A stretch of DNA of 64,000 bases from Holosporales bacterium (GTDB lineage Bacteria > Pseudomonadota > Alphaproteobacteria > JAJTHO01), in assembly GCA_046338525.1 (NCBI GenBank), contig JBKDWF010000040.1, forward strand, positions 46,764 to 110,763. Reading direction: 5' to 3'. This document shows positions 29,300 through 38,746 of this stretch, piece by piece. Under the pieces are notes generated by a model, which saw only the letters and a program-made list of their open reading frames with translations, was not told where the DNA came from and did no database searches. Positions within the stretch are counted from its first letter, which is position 1; each line of letters starts with the position of its first letter. The position numbers and the translations under genes are program-made.

Positions 29300-30229
29300 A
29301 TGCCTCAAAGTCTGACCGTTATCGTTCCTGTGTACAACGAAGCCCGCGCCTTAGCTCTGTTTTGGCAGCGGGTTTCTCCTATTCTGGAGGCCAGCCATTT
29401 AATGTGGTCGGTGCTGTTTGTTGATGATGGCAGTCGTGACGATACCTTTGCTTATATTCAGCAATTAGCCAAAGAGCATCCCGATCATGTTCGCGGCATA
29501 CGGCTTGCCCGGAATTTTGGTAAGGAACGGGCCTTGGCCGCCGGTCTTGATCGCACTGCGGCGGATATTACGATTATTATGGACGTGGATTTGCAAGACC
29601 CGCCGGAACTGATTCCCGAGATGCTGGAGGCGTGGCGCAAGGGTGCCGCCGTTGTCATGACCGCCCGGCGGGGCCGGGGGGAAGATTCTTGGCCAAAAAA
29701 AATTACGGCCCGTTTTTTTTATAAAATCTACAATGTGATTGCCCGGGTGCCCATTGAGGAAAACGCGAGTGATTTTTGTTTGTTGACAAAACCTGCGGTA
29801 GAAGCCCTGCGCCAATTGCGGGAGCGGTGCCGTTTTACCAAAGGCTTGCTGGCGTGGATTGGGTTCACGCCAGTGCATTTATATTATGATCGCCCAGCGC
29901 GGAGTGACGGCACTTCGTCGCGTTGGCGACCCTTAGGATTATGGCGGTTTGCCTTGGACGGGCTAACGAGTTTCAGCACCCGGCCCCTGCACGCTTGGAC
30001 GTATATTGGGCTGATTATCGCTAGCGTCTCGTTTCTTTTTGGGGCTAGCATTCTGGTGCGGACGTTGTTGTTCGGTGCGGATTTGCCGGGCTACGCATCC
30101 TTGATGGTAGTGATAACCTTTTTGGGCGGGGTGCAACTGGTAAGCCTTGGTGTGATCGGCGAATACTTGGGGCGAATCTACGCCGAGGTTAAGGGGCGGC
30201 CGTTGTATCTGGTGCGGGAGGAGTGCTGA
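29300..30229 (+). CDS. GT2-family polyprenyl-phosphate glycosyltransferase (ArnC/GtrB/Dpm1-like)
   Basis: VIVPVYNE...VDDGSRDDT...DVDLQDPP (DXD) are GT-A GT2 motifs. Two C-terminal TM helices are typical of bactoprenol-phosphate sugar transferases. Confidence 0.8.
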   Translation: MPQSLTVIVPVYNEARALALFWQRVSPILEASHLMWSVLFVDDGSRDDTFAYIQQLAKEHPDHVRGIRLARNFGKERALAAGLDRTAADITIIMDVDLQDPPELIPEMLEAWRKGAAVVMTARRGRGEDSWPKKITARFFYKIYNVIARVPIEENASDFCLLTKPAVEALRQLRERCRFTKGLLAWIGFTPVHLYYDRPARSDGTSSRWRPLGLWRFALDGLTSFSTRPLHAWTYIGLIIASVSFLFGASILVRTLLFGADLPGYASLMVVITFLGGVQLVSLGVIGEYLGRIYAEVKGRPLYLVREEC

Positions 30230-31823
30230 GGGGCAGCAACACACAGCCGTTCATGAAAACCTCATAGCTAGGCACTTTTAGGAGCGGCAGGAAACATCCA
30301 CGCAGTGTTTCCATGCCCGACTGGTTCAGAAAATACGCTATGAAATCTTCAGGCATTTTTACGGCACCTGCCTTATGTAATTTGTATTTATGGCGGTCAA
30401 CGACAACCAATCCGGCGGCACGAAGATCGTTTTTAGTGAAGGCATCCAGAAGGCTGACTTCTCTAGGATAGGTTGTAAGATTGCTCGCTGGTTGAAAATA
30501 CCAGAGTGCGCCAACGGTATTTTTGTTTTTCCACGGCACGGTGTTAGGTGTGGGAAACGGAGTGAACGGGGTTGTTGTCAGGCTAATATACGAAACAGAG
30601 GACGGAATATCGGCTAGGCGGGTACGAATCTCATGCTCTGATGTCCACATAAGAACATCGCTTTTTTTTGCTGTCACATTGTTAAAAGCCATTGGAAAAA
30701 AAAGCACTAAAGCCATAGCCAGCAACCCGACCAGCCGGTGGCTTGCTAAACAATACGCCCAGCCGACAATGAGCGAGGAAAGAATAAAAACCCCCGTATA
30801 ATGGTACGTGAAACCACGCATCTGAGCCAGCGCGAGGAGAAAAAAGCCGCCCGCGAGAATCAGGCTCCAGAATAAAAATTTATTTTGAATGTCTGGTAAG
30901 GTATAGCGTTTACGTATAAGCAGAATGCTCAAGGGAATGCCGGGAAGACTCATACTAACATTGCGCAAAATCGTGAAATCAAATCCATCATAACGTGCAT
31001 AAATCATCGTGAGAATAGGCAGCAGCGTTTCCATAAAGTACCGCTCTTGCGTCCAGACAACGCCGCAAAAAAGCAGTCCCATGCTAACGGAGGCAATGCT
31101 TTCAACACTCAACACCCACGACCAGAAACACCGCCGAACAAGCGTGCCAACGGCCACTATGATAAAAAGAATGCCCGCTTGAGGCTTGAGGCACACCGCT
31201 ATTCCGGCCAGAATACCAATAAGAAGGCGAATGCCTTTGTGCAGAATAATCTTCTCGGTGCGCAGGAAAGTCGCCAGTCCAAACGGCAACCACCATGCAA
31301 ACAACAGGTGATCCCGCTGGCCAAAAATCATGCCGGGCAGCAAAAATAAACCGTAGGCCAGCAACACGGCCATCATCCGCCATTGCCAGCCTTGTAAACC
31401 CGGTATCCGGCGCAGTGCCGCGACACAAAGCGCCCAGCCTGCGAGCAAGGCCCCCGCAAAAAATGCACGAAAACACCAGAGAATTGACCAGCCTGTCTGT
31501 TGTGCCACCCAAGCGGGCAAAAGGTTCAGGTAAATCATCATGGGCGGGTTGGTTTCCACGCCCGCGGTGGGATAAATGGGATAGGCACCATCAACGACCC
31601 GTTGTGCCAATAATAGCAACCAAGCGTTGTCAGTATTAAAAGGCACCAAGGCCTGATTGATTTGGGACAGTAAGATAATGCCAGCCGTTATCCAGCCCCA
31701 ATAGGGCGCGGCTGCGATAAACCAGCGGGGCGGCGTTGAGGGTGCTGCCGTTAAAAAGTTTAATATCTTGTTGAGTAATTTAAAGATAGCCAAGGTGTGA
31801 TTCTTAATTTTGTGATGGGTCAT
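30189..31823 (-). CDS. GT-C fold membrane glycosyltransferase (ArnT/PMT-like, GT39/GT83 family)
   Basis: 544 aa with about 11-13 TMs, a first periplasmic loop carrying acidic residues (NTDNAW...RVVDG), and a C-terminal periplasmic domain. Convergent with the GT2 gene, with a 41-nt 3' overlap. Confidence 0.65.
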   Translation of the reverse strand: MTHHKIKNHTLAIFKLLNKILNFLTAAPSTPPRWFIAAAPYWGWITAGIILLSQINQALVPFNTDNAWLLLLAQRVVDGAYPIYPTAGVETNPPMMIYLNLLPAWVAQQTGWSILWCFRAFFAGALLAGWALCVAALRRIPGLQGWQWRMMAVLLAYGLFLLPGMIFGQRDHLLFAWWLPFGLATFLRTEKIILHKGIRLLIGILAGIAVCLKPQAGILFIIVAVGTLVRRCFWSWVLSVESIASVSMGLLFCGVVWTQERYFMETLLPILTMIYARYDGFDFTILRNVSMSLPGIPLSILLIRKRYTLPDIQNKFLFWSLILAGGFFLLALAQMRGFTYHYTGVFILSSLIVGWAYCLASHRLVGLLAMALVLFFPMAFNNVTAKKSDVLMWTSEHEIRTRLADIPSSVSYISLTTTPFTPFPTPNTVPWKNKNTVGALWYFQPASNLTTYPREVSLLDAFTKNDLRAAGLVVVDRHKYKLHKAGAVKMPEDFIAYFLNQSGMETLRGCFLPLLKVPSYEVFMNGCVLLPLSTPPAPDTTAAP

Positions 31824-31934
31824 AATTGGAAAATATTTTCTTTAGGATCAATTAAAAAACTGTTTCTTGCCGAAGGATTGGACGTTCAGAATAATGCCTT
31901 GTCAAAATACGCCCAAAAGCCTACACCCAGCTTT

Positions 31935-32552
31935 ATGAGCGACTATTCTCTTAATATCACGGACGTAGCCGTGGCGGCCCTCATTTCTATCTCTGTGTTG
32001 GTGGGCGTTATTCGGGGCTTTGTTAAAGAGGTGCTGAGCATTGCCTCATGGGTGTTGGCCATTGTTGCCGCTGGTTTAGCGTACAAACCAAGCCTTCCCT
32101 TTTGGGAGGGGGCTGTTGGGGACGGCGTGCTGGCGCATATTGCGGCGTTCAGCAGCGTTTTTGTCGGCGTCCTTGCCACCGCTCTTATCATCACTGCCCG
32201 CATTAGCCGTAAGGTGGACAGCGGCCCTCTGGGCGGCATGGATCGCACCTTTGGTGCCGGTTTTGGTGCCGCGCGAGGGGTAGCTATTGTTTGTCTGGCG
32301 TTTTTATTATTTTTGGGAATTCGACCTGGCGATAAATCCCATGAAAATCTTCCAGGTTGGCTCAGTAATGCAGAAACCCTGCCTTACATTAAAAAAATCA
32401 CCGTTGCTGTTATCGATAAGCTGCCAAAAAGCGCAAAAAAACAACTGCCTAAAATTGAAGAAGCACCTGAAAAAATAAAAACCCCTGAAGAGCCACCCGT
32501 GGTGAAAAAGCTGCAAGAGACAAAACGCAGCGTGAATGTTATAATATTATGA
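31935..32552 (+). CDS. cvpA: Colicin V production protein CvpA family membrane protein
   Basis: Four TMs, with ITDVAVAALISISVLVGVIRGFVKEVLSIASW typical of CvpA. It lies immediately upstream of purF, the conserved cvpA-purF arrangement. The start was chosen at the Met at 31935. The ORF track extends to 31797. Confidence 0.75.
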   Translation: MSDYSLNITDVAVAALISISVLVGVIRGFVKEVLSIASWVLAIVAAGLAYKPSLPFWEGAVGDGVLAHIAAFSSVFVGVLATALIITARISRKVDSGPLGGMDRTFGAGFGAARGVAIVCLAFLLFLGIRPGDKSHENLPGWLSNAETLPYIKKITVAVIDKLPKSAKKQLPKIEEAPEKIKTPEEPPVVKKLQETKRSVNVIIL

Positions 32553-33955
32553 TGCCGTTGCACGACGATGATAAGATGCATGAAGAATGCGGGGTTTTTG
32601 GGATTATTGGCAGTGATGCCGCCGCCTCCCATGTGGCGTTAGGCCTGCACGCCCTCCAGCACCGGGGCCAGGAAGCCGCCGGGATAGTCAGTACCGACGG
32701 ACAGCAATTCTACGCTGAACGTGCCTTGGGATTAGTGGGCGATACCTTTGCCGATAGCGCAGTTATCCGGCGTCTGATAGGCCAAGCAGCTATTGGCCAT
32801 GTGCGCTACGCCACCACGGGGGCGACGATCCTCCGCAACGTGCAGCCGTTGTTTGCAGAGCTGACTTTCGGCGGGTTTGCCCTAGCCCATAACGGCAATC
32901 TTACCAATGCGTTGACGCTTAGAAAGCAACTCATTGCTCAGGGAAGTATTTTTCAGGCCACCACCGACACCGAAGTCATCATTCATCTCATGGCCCATAG
33001 CAAGGCCAGCGATGTTGCCGAACGCCTCATTGATGCCCTCAAGCAGGTCACGGGGGCGTATTCTCTTGTATGTCTTACGGAAAATACCATTCTTGGGGTG
33101 CGCGATCCGGCGGGGGTTCGGCCTTTGGTGTTGGGGCGGCTGCACGGGGCACCGATTCTGGCCTCGGAGACGTGCGCGTTGGAAATCATTGGCGCAACCC
33201 TTGAGCGTGACGTTGCGCCGGGGGAGATGGTTATTCTTCATGCCGATGGCCGGGTGGAGAGCCGCCTGCCCTTTGCGCCGCATCCGTCGCGGTTTTGTAT
33301 TTTTGAGTATGTGTATTTTGCCCGCCCGGACAGTGAACTTGATAAAAAGAGCGTGTACGCGGTGCGGCGGCGCATTGGCGCGGAATTGGCTTTTGAAGCT
33401 CCGACTGAGGCTGATGTGATTATCCCTGTCCCGGATTCGGGCGTTCCGGCCGCTATTGGTTATGCCCAGGCGGCGGCGATCCCGTTTGAGCTTGGCATTA
33501 TTCGTAATCATTATGTGGGCCGCACCTTTATTCAGCCCACGGATCATATTCGCCATTTGGGGGTGCGCCTCAAGCATAGCCCTAACCGGGCGGAACTTCA
33601 GGGCAAGCGTGTGGTGCTGGTGGATGACAGCATCGTGCGCGGCACCACTTCGGTGAAGATTGTTGAAATGGTGCGCGCCGCCGGGGCACGGGAAGTCCAC
33701 ATGCGTATTGCCAGCCCCCCCACCATGAACCCTTGTTTTTATGGCATAGATACTCCGTCTAAAGACAAGCTTCTGGCCAGCCGGATGAGCGTGGAGGAAA
33801 TGCGGCAGTTTATTGGGGCCGATAGCCTAGCGTTCCTATCGCTGGATGGCCTGTACCGAGCCGTGGGTGAGGCAAAACGTAATAATGAGATGCCCCAATA
33901 CTGCGATGCCTGTTTTTCGGGGGAGTACCCCTTGCCGCTGATAGACAATCAATGA
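32549..33955 (+). CDS. purF: Amidophosphoribosyltransferase
   Basis: N-terminal Ntn Cys (..ECGVFGIIG) and PRTase motif VVLVDDSIVRGTTS. 468 aa. Confidence 0.9.
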   Translation: MMPLHDDDKMHEECGVFGIIGSDAAASHVALGLHALQHRGQEAAGIVSTDGQQFYAERALGLVGDTFADSAVIRRLIGQAAIGHVRYATTGATILRNVQPLFAELTFGGFALAHNGNLTNALTLRKQLIAQGSIFQATTDTEVIIHLMAHSKASDVAERLIDALKQVTGAYSLVCLTENTILGVRDPAGVRPLVLGRLHGAPILASETCALEIIGATLERDVAPGEMVILHADGRVESRLPFAPHPSRFCIFEYVYFARPDSELDKKSVYAVRRRIGAELAFEAPTEADVIIPVPDSGVPAAIGYAQAAAIPFELGIIRNHYVGRTFIQPTDHIRHLGVRLKHSPNRAELQGKRVVLVDDSIVRGTTSVKIVEMVRAAGAREVHMRIASPPTMNPCFYGIDTPSKDKLLASRMSVEEMRQFIGADSLAFLSLDGLYRAVGEAKRNNEMPQYCDACFSGEYPLPLIDNQ

Positions 33956-33999
33956 GTTAAGTGCAATTTACCTTGCAAATTCGGAGTTGATCTCCTAAT

Positions 34000-35190
34000 A
34001 TGCACGGCATGCTGCAACGATGGATTGCCCCAACAGTCGAAAAAACCCTTAAGAAAGTCCCTGCGGTGGCCTTGCTGGGGCCGCGTCAAATTGGCAAGAC
34101 AACCTTGGCAAAACGCATCTCGGAAACCCGTCCCGCGCTTTATCTTGATCTTGAATCCCCTAGAGATATTATCCGACTCGATGATCCCAGTGCGTTTTTG
34201 GCGCAGCACGCGGATAAGCTTGTTATTTTGGATGAAATTCAGCGCAAGCCCGATCTTTTTATGGTGCTGCGCGGTATTATTGATGAAAATCGCCGCGTCG
34301 GGAAAAAGGGCGAGCAATTCCTTTTGCTTGGGTCCGCTTCTATGGAGTTGCTGCGGCAATCCTCGGAAAGTCTTGCGGGGCGCATTCATTATATTGAGAT
34401 GAGCGGGCTGAATGCCCTTGAAATAAAATATACTGCGCCCTCTGATGTGCAGCGGCTGTGGCTGCGCGGCGGCTTTCCGGACAGTTATCTTGCCGATTCT
34501 GACGCGGACAGCATGGAATGGCTGGAAATGTTTGTTCGCACCTACCTGGAGCGCGATGTGCCGCAGATGGGTTTCCGTATTCCTGCAACCCGTCTTCGCC
34601 GATTGTGGACGATGGTTGCACATTGCCAAGGCGAAACACTTAACCTTTCTAAACTTGGCGGCAATCTTGAGGTTGATGGAAAGACGGTGCGTCATTACAT
34701 TGATGTTCTGGTTGATTTGATGCTGGTGCGGCGGCTTGAGCCTTGGCACACGAACGTCAAAAAGCGTCTGGTAAAATCGCCCCGTTTTTATGTGCGGGAC
34801 AGCGGTATCCTCCACCGATTGCTTGATATTGCCGATTACAATGGCCTGCTGTCCCATCCTGTTCTGGGCAAAAGTTGGGAGGGGTTTGTGGTTGAGAATA
34901 TTCATTCCGTTCTCCCTAATACTGTGGAGAGCTATTATTATCGAACTGCAGCAGGGGTTGAAATTGATCTGTTGCTCAAGTTTTCCCACAAGGACATTTG
35001 GGCCATTGAAATCAAAAACGGCACCATGCCTAAAGTGACTTCAGGCTTCCACCAAGCCTGTGAGGATATAGGCGTAACACAGAAAATTATCGTTCATGGC
35101 GGGGAGGATGACTTTCCGCTTGCTCATGCAACAAAGGCGTTGTCGTTGCTGTCTTTTATGAAACACCTCACCCAGCAGCTTGGTCAGTAA
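34000..35190 (+). CDS. AAA+ ATPase with DUF4143 (COG1373 family)
   Basis: Walker A LLGPRQIGKTTLAKR and Walker B LVILDEIQ. The C-terminal DUF4143-like region has the conserved spacing of this family. Confidence 0.7.
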   Translation: MHGMLQRWIAPTVEKTLKKVPAVALLGPRQIGKTTLAKRISETRPALYLDLESPRDIIRLDDPSAFLAQHADKLVILDEIQRKPDLFMVLRGIIDENRRVGKKGEQFLLLGSASMELLRQSSESLAGRIHYIEMSGLNALEIKYTAPSDVQRLWLRGGFPDSYLADSDADSMEWLEMFVRTYLERDVPQMGFRIPATRLRRLWTMVAHCQGETLNLSKLGGNLEVDGKTVRHYIDVLVDLMLVRRLEPWHTNVKKRLVKSPRFYVRDSGILHRLLDIADYNGLLSHPVLGKSWEGFVVENIHSVLPNTVESYYYRTAAGVEIDLLLKFSHKDIWAIEIKNGTMPKVTSGFHQACEDIGVTQKIIVHGGEDDFPLAHATKALSLLSFMKHLTQQLGQ

Positions 35191-36773
35191 GCCGCCGCAT
35201 ACGTCACCGGAAAACGCCGCTCCCGCCCCAAAGCGCGGCGGCTAACTTTTGGCCCAGGGGGACTTTGTCGGCGTTTGTGTTCGCTAGCGTGCAGCAGTGC
35301 CGCCGTTTTTCGTACCAACGCTTCGGGATAGCCCGCAGCAAGCAAGTGTTCCGGGCTTTCTTCCCGTTCTACTAGAGCCTTAAGCACGTTATCTAACACC
35401 GGGTACGGCGGTAGGGTATCCTCATCGCGTTGATCGTCCCGCAGCTCGGCACTGGGGGCGCGGCAAAGGAGTCGTTCCGGGAACACAGGCGATTGTTCAT
35501 TGCGCCACCGGGCTAGGGCATAGACATCGGTTTTGTACACATCTTTCAGCGGCGCATAACCGCCGCACATATCTCCGTACAGTGTGGTGTACCCCGTCGA
35601 AAACTCAGATTTATTTCCGGTGGCTAACAGCAAGCGGCCTTCCTGGTTGCTGATCCCCATTAACAAGGTGCCCCGCACCCGGGCTTGGATGTTTTCCGCC
35701 GCTGTACCCGTTAGGCCAGGCAATGCCGTATGGCTGGCGGCAAGCACCCCATCAATGGGCACTACCTTATGCGCCGTGCCAAGATTATTAGCGACCAAGG
35801 CCGCGTCCTCAAAGCTTGCCGTGCTGGTAAACTGTGTCGGCAGCATCACCGTTGCCACGTTCCCTGCGCCCAACGCATCGGCGGCCAAGGCGGCCACCAA
35901 CGCGGAATCCATGCCGCCGGAAAGGCCGAGGACAGCCTTTGAGAAACCATTATTCCTAGCGTGTTCCTGTAACCCGAACACTAGGGCTTGATAAACGCTG
36001 GCCCAATGTGTCAGCGGGGCAGAAAAAACAGTTAATGCTTTTAAGGTATTACTGATCCATGAGAAAGACGCGGTTGCTTCGGTAAACAAGGGTAGTTCAC
36101 TAAGAACCCTTCCCTGCCCGTCCATGGCAAACCCGCCGCCATCAAACACCACGTCATCCTGACCCGCCAGAAGATTAGCATAGAGCAACGGAAGGCCTGC
36201 GGTGCGGGCAACGCTCAGGCGTTCTTGGTGCTTGCCAATATCCCACGGGGAGGCGTTTAGGGTGATGAGCAGTTCCGCCCCCTGCCCGCGCAGGTGGGCG
36301 GCGGGCTCTGGGTGCCAGAGGTCCTCACAGATAATGATTCCAAGCCTTATTCCGCGCCAAGAGAGTACATCGGGCAAGCCGCCCGGGGTGAAGTAGCGTT
36401 TTTCATCAAAAACCCCGGTGTTGGGCAGAATATGCTTGCGGGCAACAACTTGTACCGTAGAGCCTTCAATGAGAAGAGCGACATTATAAAGTCGCCCATC
36501 TGCCTCACGCCAGGGGCATCCAAAGAGTAGTGCAGGATCGCCGGGCTTAGTCTGTGCCGCAATACCCTGCACTGCTGTGTGACACGCCTCAATAAACGAA
36601 GGGCGCAGCCATAGGTCATCCGCCGGATATCCAGAGATAAAACACTCGGGAAAAATAAGCATATCGGTTCTACCCGCTAGGGCACGCCGTTTTTCAAGAA
36701 CTAGGCTACTATTATTGACGATCGCTCCTACCACAGAAGGGAGTTGGCAGAGCGCAAAAGAGACGGACACCAT
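35184..36773 (-). CDS. nadE: Glutamine-dependent NAD+ synthetase
   Basis: N-terminal CN-hydrolase domain (catalytic Cys in IICEDLWHP). C-terminal PP-loop SGGMDSALVAAL. Confidence 0.85.
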   Translation of the reverse strand: MVSVSFALCQLPSVVGAIVNNSSLVLEKRRALAGRTDMLIFPECFISGYPADDLWLRPSFIEACHTAVQGIAAQTKPGDPALLFGCPWREADGRLYNVALLIEGSTVQVVARKHILPNTGVFDEKRYFTPGGLPDVLSWRGIRLGIIICEDLWHPEPAAHLRGQGAELLITLNASPWDIGKHQERLSVARTAGLPLLYANLLAGQDDVVFDGGGFAMDGQGRVLSELPLFTEATASFSWISNTLKALTVFSAPLTHWASVYQALVFGLQEHARNNGFSKAVLGLSGGMDSALVAALAADALGAGNVATVMLPTQFTSTASFEDAALVANNLGTAHKVVPIDGVLAASHTALPGLTGTAAENIQARVRGTLLMGISNQEGRLLLATGNKSEFSTGYTTLYGDMCGGYAPLKDVYKTDVYALARWRNEQSPVFPERLLCRAPSAELRDDQRDEDTLPPYPVLDNVLKALVEREESPEHLLAAGYPEALVRKTAALLHASEHKRRQSPPGPKVSRRALGRERRFPVTYAAAY

Positions 36774-36784
36774 GTACCGTCCCC

Positions 36785-37288
36785 CTACCCTAACACCACG
36801 GTTCCGCGATATACAGCTGCAACGCCGGTTCGGCTAAGTTCCGCAAGGCCAAGTGGAACAAGACTATTAACAAACGCCGTAATTTTTTCGGGTATGTCTG
36901 TTAGCTCAAATACAAAGGAATCTTTTGTTGTGTCAATGATATGGGCGTGAAAATCTTCTGCTATACGCTGGCTTTTTTGTAGTTGTTCGTCAGTGCCTAG
37001 AACTTTAACAAGTACTAATTCCTTAGCAATCAACGGTGCCGTTATCGTCAGATCATGGCAAACATGAACCGGTATAAGGCGAGAAAGTTGAGCTTTAATT
37101 TGTTCTAGTACGGCATGGGTGCCGCTGGTAACAATAGTAATCCGGGAGAGTGTGGCGGCTTTATCAACGGTGGCAACGCTAAGACTCTCAATGTTATAGC
37201 CACGGCCGGAAAAAAGTCCAATGACTCGGGCTAAAACGCCCGGTTCATTATCCACCAGAGCAGCAAGGGTACGTGTTTCAACAGACAT
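36785..37288 (-). CDS. ilvH: Acetolactate synthase small (regulatory) subunit
   Basis: ACT domain N-terminus LAALVDNEPGVLARVIGLFSGRGYNIESLSV. 167 aa. Confidence 0.85.
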   Translation of the reverse strand: MSVETRTLAALVDNEPGVLARVIGLFSGRGYNIESLSVATVDKAATLSRITIVTSGTHAVLEQIKAQLSRLIPVHVCHDLTITAPLIAKELVLVKVLGTDEQLQKSQRIAEDFHAHIIDTTKDSFVFELTDIPEKITAFVNSLVPLGLAELSRTGVAAVYRGTVVLG

Positions 37289-37293
37289 TCTTT

Positions 37294-38106
37294 TTAATAA
37301 AGCAAGCGCATCCGTAAGGCAAGCAAGGGATAACAGCGCATCAGACGTTCGTATAAGGCACGCCTTTTTGAAATTGGCAGCAATCCCATGCTACCGTCAT
37401 GAAAAATATAACTCTTTGCTTTTTCGGCCAAGATGGGGAAATACTGGGCTGCAGCTAGGGCGCGACGGTGGGCGGCTTTGGTATTGGCCGGCAAGCTATA
37501 ACAAGACGTTATGACACCGTGCCAGATAAACCCCCCCTTAGTGAGTAGGCGCAACCAAAAATCCCAATCTTCAAAATGATTTAAACCGACATCGAGTCCA
37601 CCCACAGCAAGGCCAGTCAGGCGGCGAAACACCACCGCCTGAATCGGCATTTGGTTTCGTTGACGCAGCAGGTGTGAGCTTGCAGGCAATGGCGGCGCAG
37701 CGCGGCGGCAAAGTACCTTATCTCCTTGTACATATTCAATATCAGCTCTGGCTACTGCTGCTACTGCCTGTGGATTTTTTTCTATTAAAAAAACAAGGAC
37801 TTGCAGATGGTTTGGGTACAGCTTGTCGTCGTCGTCAAGAAAACAGCAGTAGTCGCCTATTGCCTGCTGCAAGGCGAAGTTACCGGCATTACAACGGCCT
37901 TTGCCCGGATTGCGATAAAGCCGCACTCGAGTGTGTACGGTATCGGGAAAACCTTTGATAATCGTTGCCGCATCACTCGGGCCGTCTTCGACAACAACAA
38001 TTTCCCAAGCATCAACGGTTTGTGCAACAACAGAATCTATAGCCTGACGCAATAAATGTTCACGCCCAGCAACCGTGCGGATAAGGATAGTCGTTTTAGG
38101 CAGCAA
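37294..38106 (-). CDS. GT2-family glycosyltransferase (start uncertain, probably TTG overlapping the GST stop)
   Basis: IRTVAGREHLLRQAIDSVVAQT...VVVEDGPSD...DDDD are GT-A motifs. The ORF track extends to 38172 and would then overlap the upstream GST gene by 77 nt. An in-frame TTG near 38106 removes the overlap. Confidence 0.55.
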   Translation of the reverse strand: MLPKTTILIRTVAGREHLLRQAIDSVVAQTVDAWEIVVVEDGPSDAATIIKGFPDTVHTRVRLYRNPGKGRCNAGNFALQQAIGDYCCFLDDDDKLYPNHLQVLVFLIEKNPQAVAAVARADIEYVQGDKVLCRRAAPPLPASSHLLRQRNQMPIQAVVFRRLTGLAVGGLDVGLNHFEDWDFWLRLLTKGGFIWHGVITSCYSLPANTKAAHRRALAAAQYFPILAEKAKSYIFHDGSMGLLPISKRRALYERLMRCYPLLALRMRLLY

Positions 38107-38731
38107 CAGCCGTATACTCAACGTGTTCGGCAAGTAAGGCTTTTTGGTATGCAGGACGAGTAATAACAGCACGAATTAATCGTTCGACGTTGTTGCCGAG
38201 GGGAATGGGGCGGGGGAAATAGCCATTCCAATTGGCAATAACAGCTAGTAAAATATCCGGGGCTGTAAGAACATCGCCAGCAACGTATTTTTTGCCCGCT
38301 AGGTGGGCATCTAGGTCAGCCCATTTCGTTTCAATGTCTTGAAGAGCAGCTTCAAGCAGCTTCTCTTGAACGACTCCGCTTTCACTGTTGCGCATTAGCC
38401 AAAACACCCGGCTGTAAGCAGGGTGAAGACTCGCGTTAGCCCAGCATAACCATTCCAAGGCTTGAGCTTTTTCAAAACCATGATGCGGGAATAATGCGCT
38501 GTCATGTTTGTCGCAAAGGTACAAAATGATGGCCGCGCCTTCTCGCAGGATCAAGTTGCCGTCAACAAGTACAGGCACTTGACCACGGGGATTAATGGCA
38601 AGAAATTCAGGAGCTTTATTTTTCCCCTCGCGGATGCTGACGTTTTTAAGTTCGACTGCGGCATCAAGCTCGTTAAGTATAACATGAATGCTCATGGAAC
38701 ATGAGCCGGGCGAATAATATAACTGGTACAT
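38096..38731 (-). CDS. Glutathione S-transferase
   Basis: Thioredoxin-like N-domain with MYQLYYSPGSCS...INPRGQVPVL, and a helical C-domain. Confidence 0.8.
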   Translation of the reverse strand: MYQLYYSPGSCSMSIHVILNELDAAVELKNVSIREGKNKAPEFLAINPRGQVPVLVDGNLILREGAAIILYLCDKHDSALFPHHGFEKAQALEWLCWANASLHPAYSRVFWLMRNSESGVVQEKLLEAALQDIETKWADLDAHLAGKKYVAGDVLTAPDILLAVIANWNGYFPRPIPLGNNVERLIRAVITRPAYQKALLAEHVEYTAVAA

Positions 38732-38746
38732 AAGATTATCCTTATC

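Noticed and set aside
33949-34989. 346-aa minus-strand ORF
   Set aside because: It lies entirely antisense to the well-supported DUF4143 AAA+ ATPase gene (Walker A and B in the plus frame). The translation is R/H/Q-rich with no recognisable domain.
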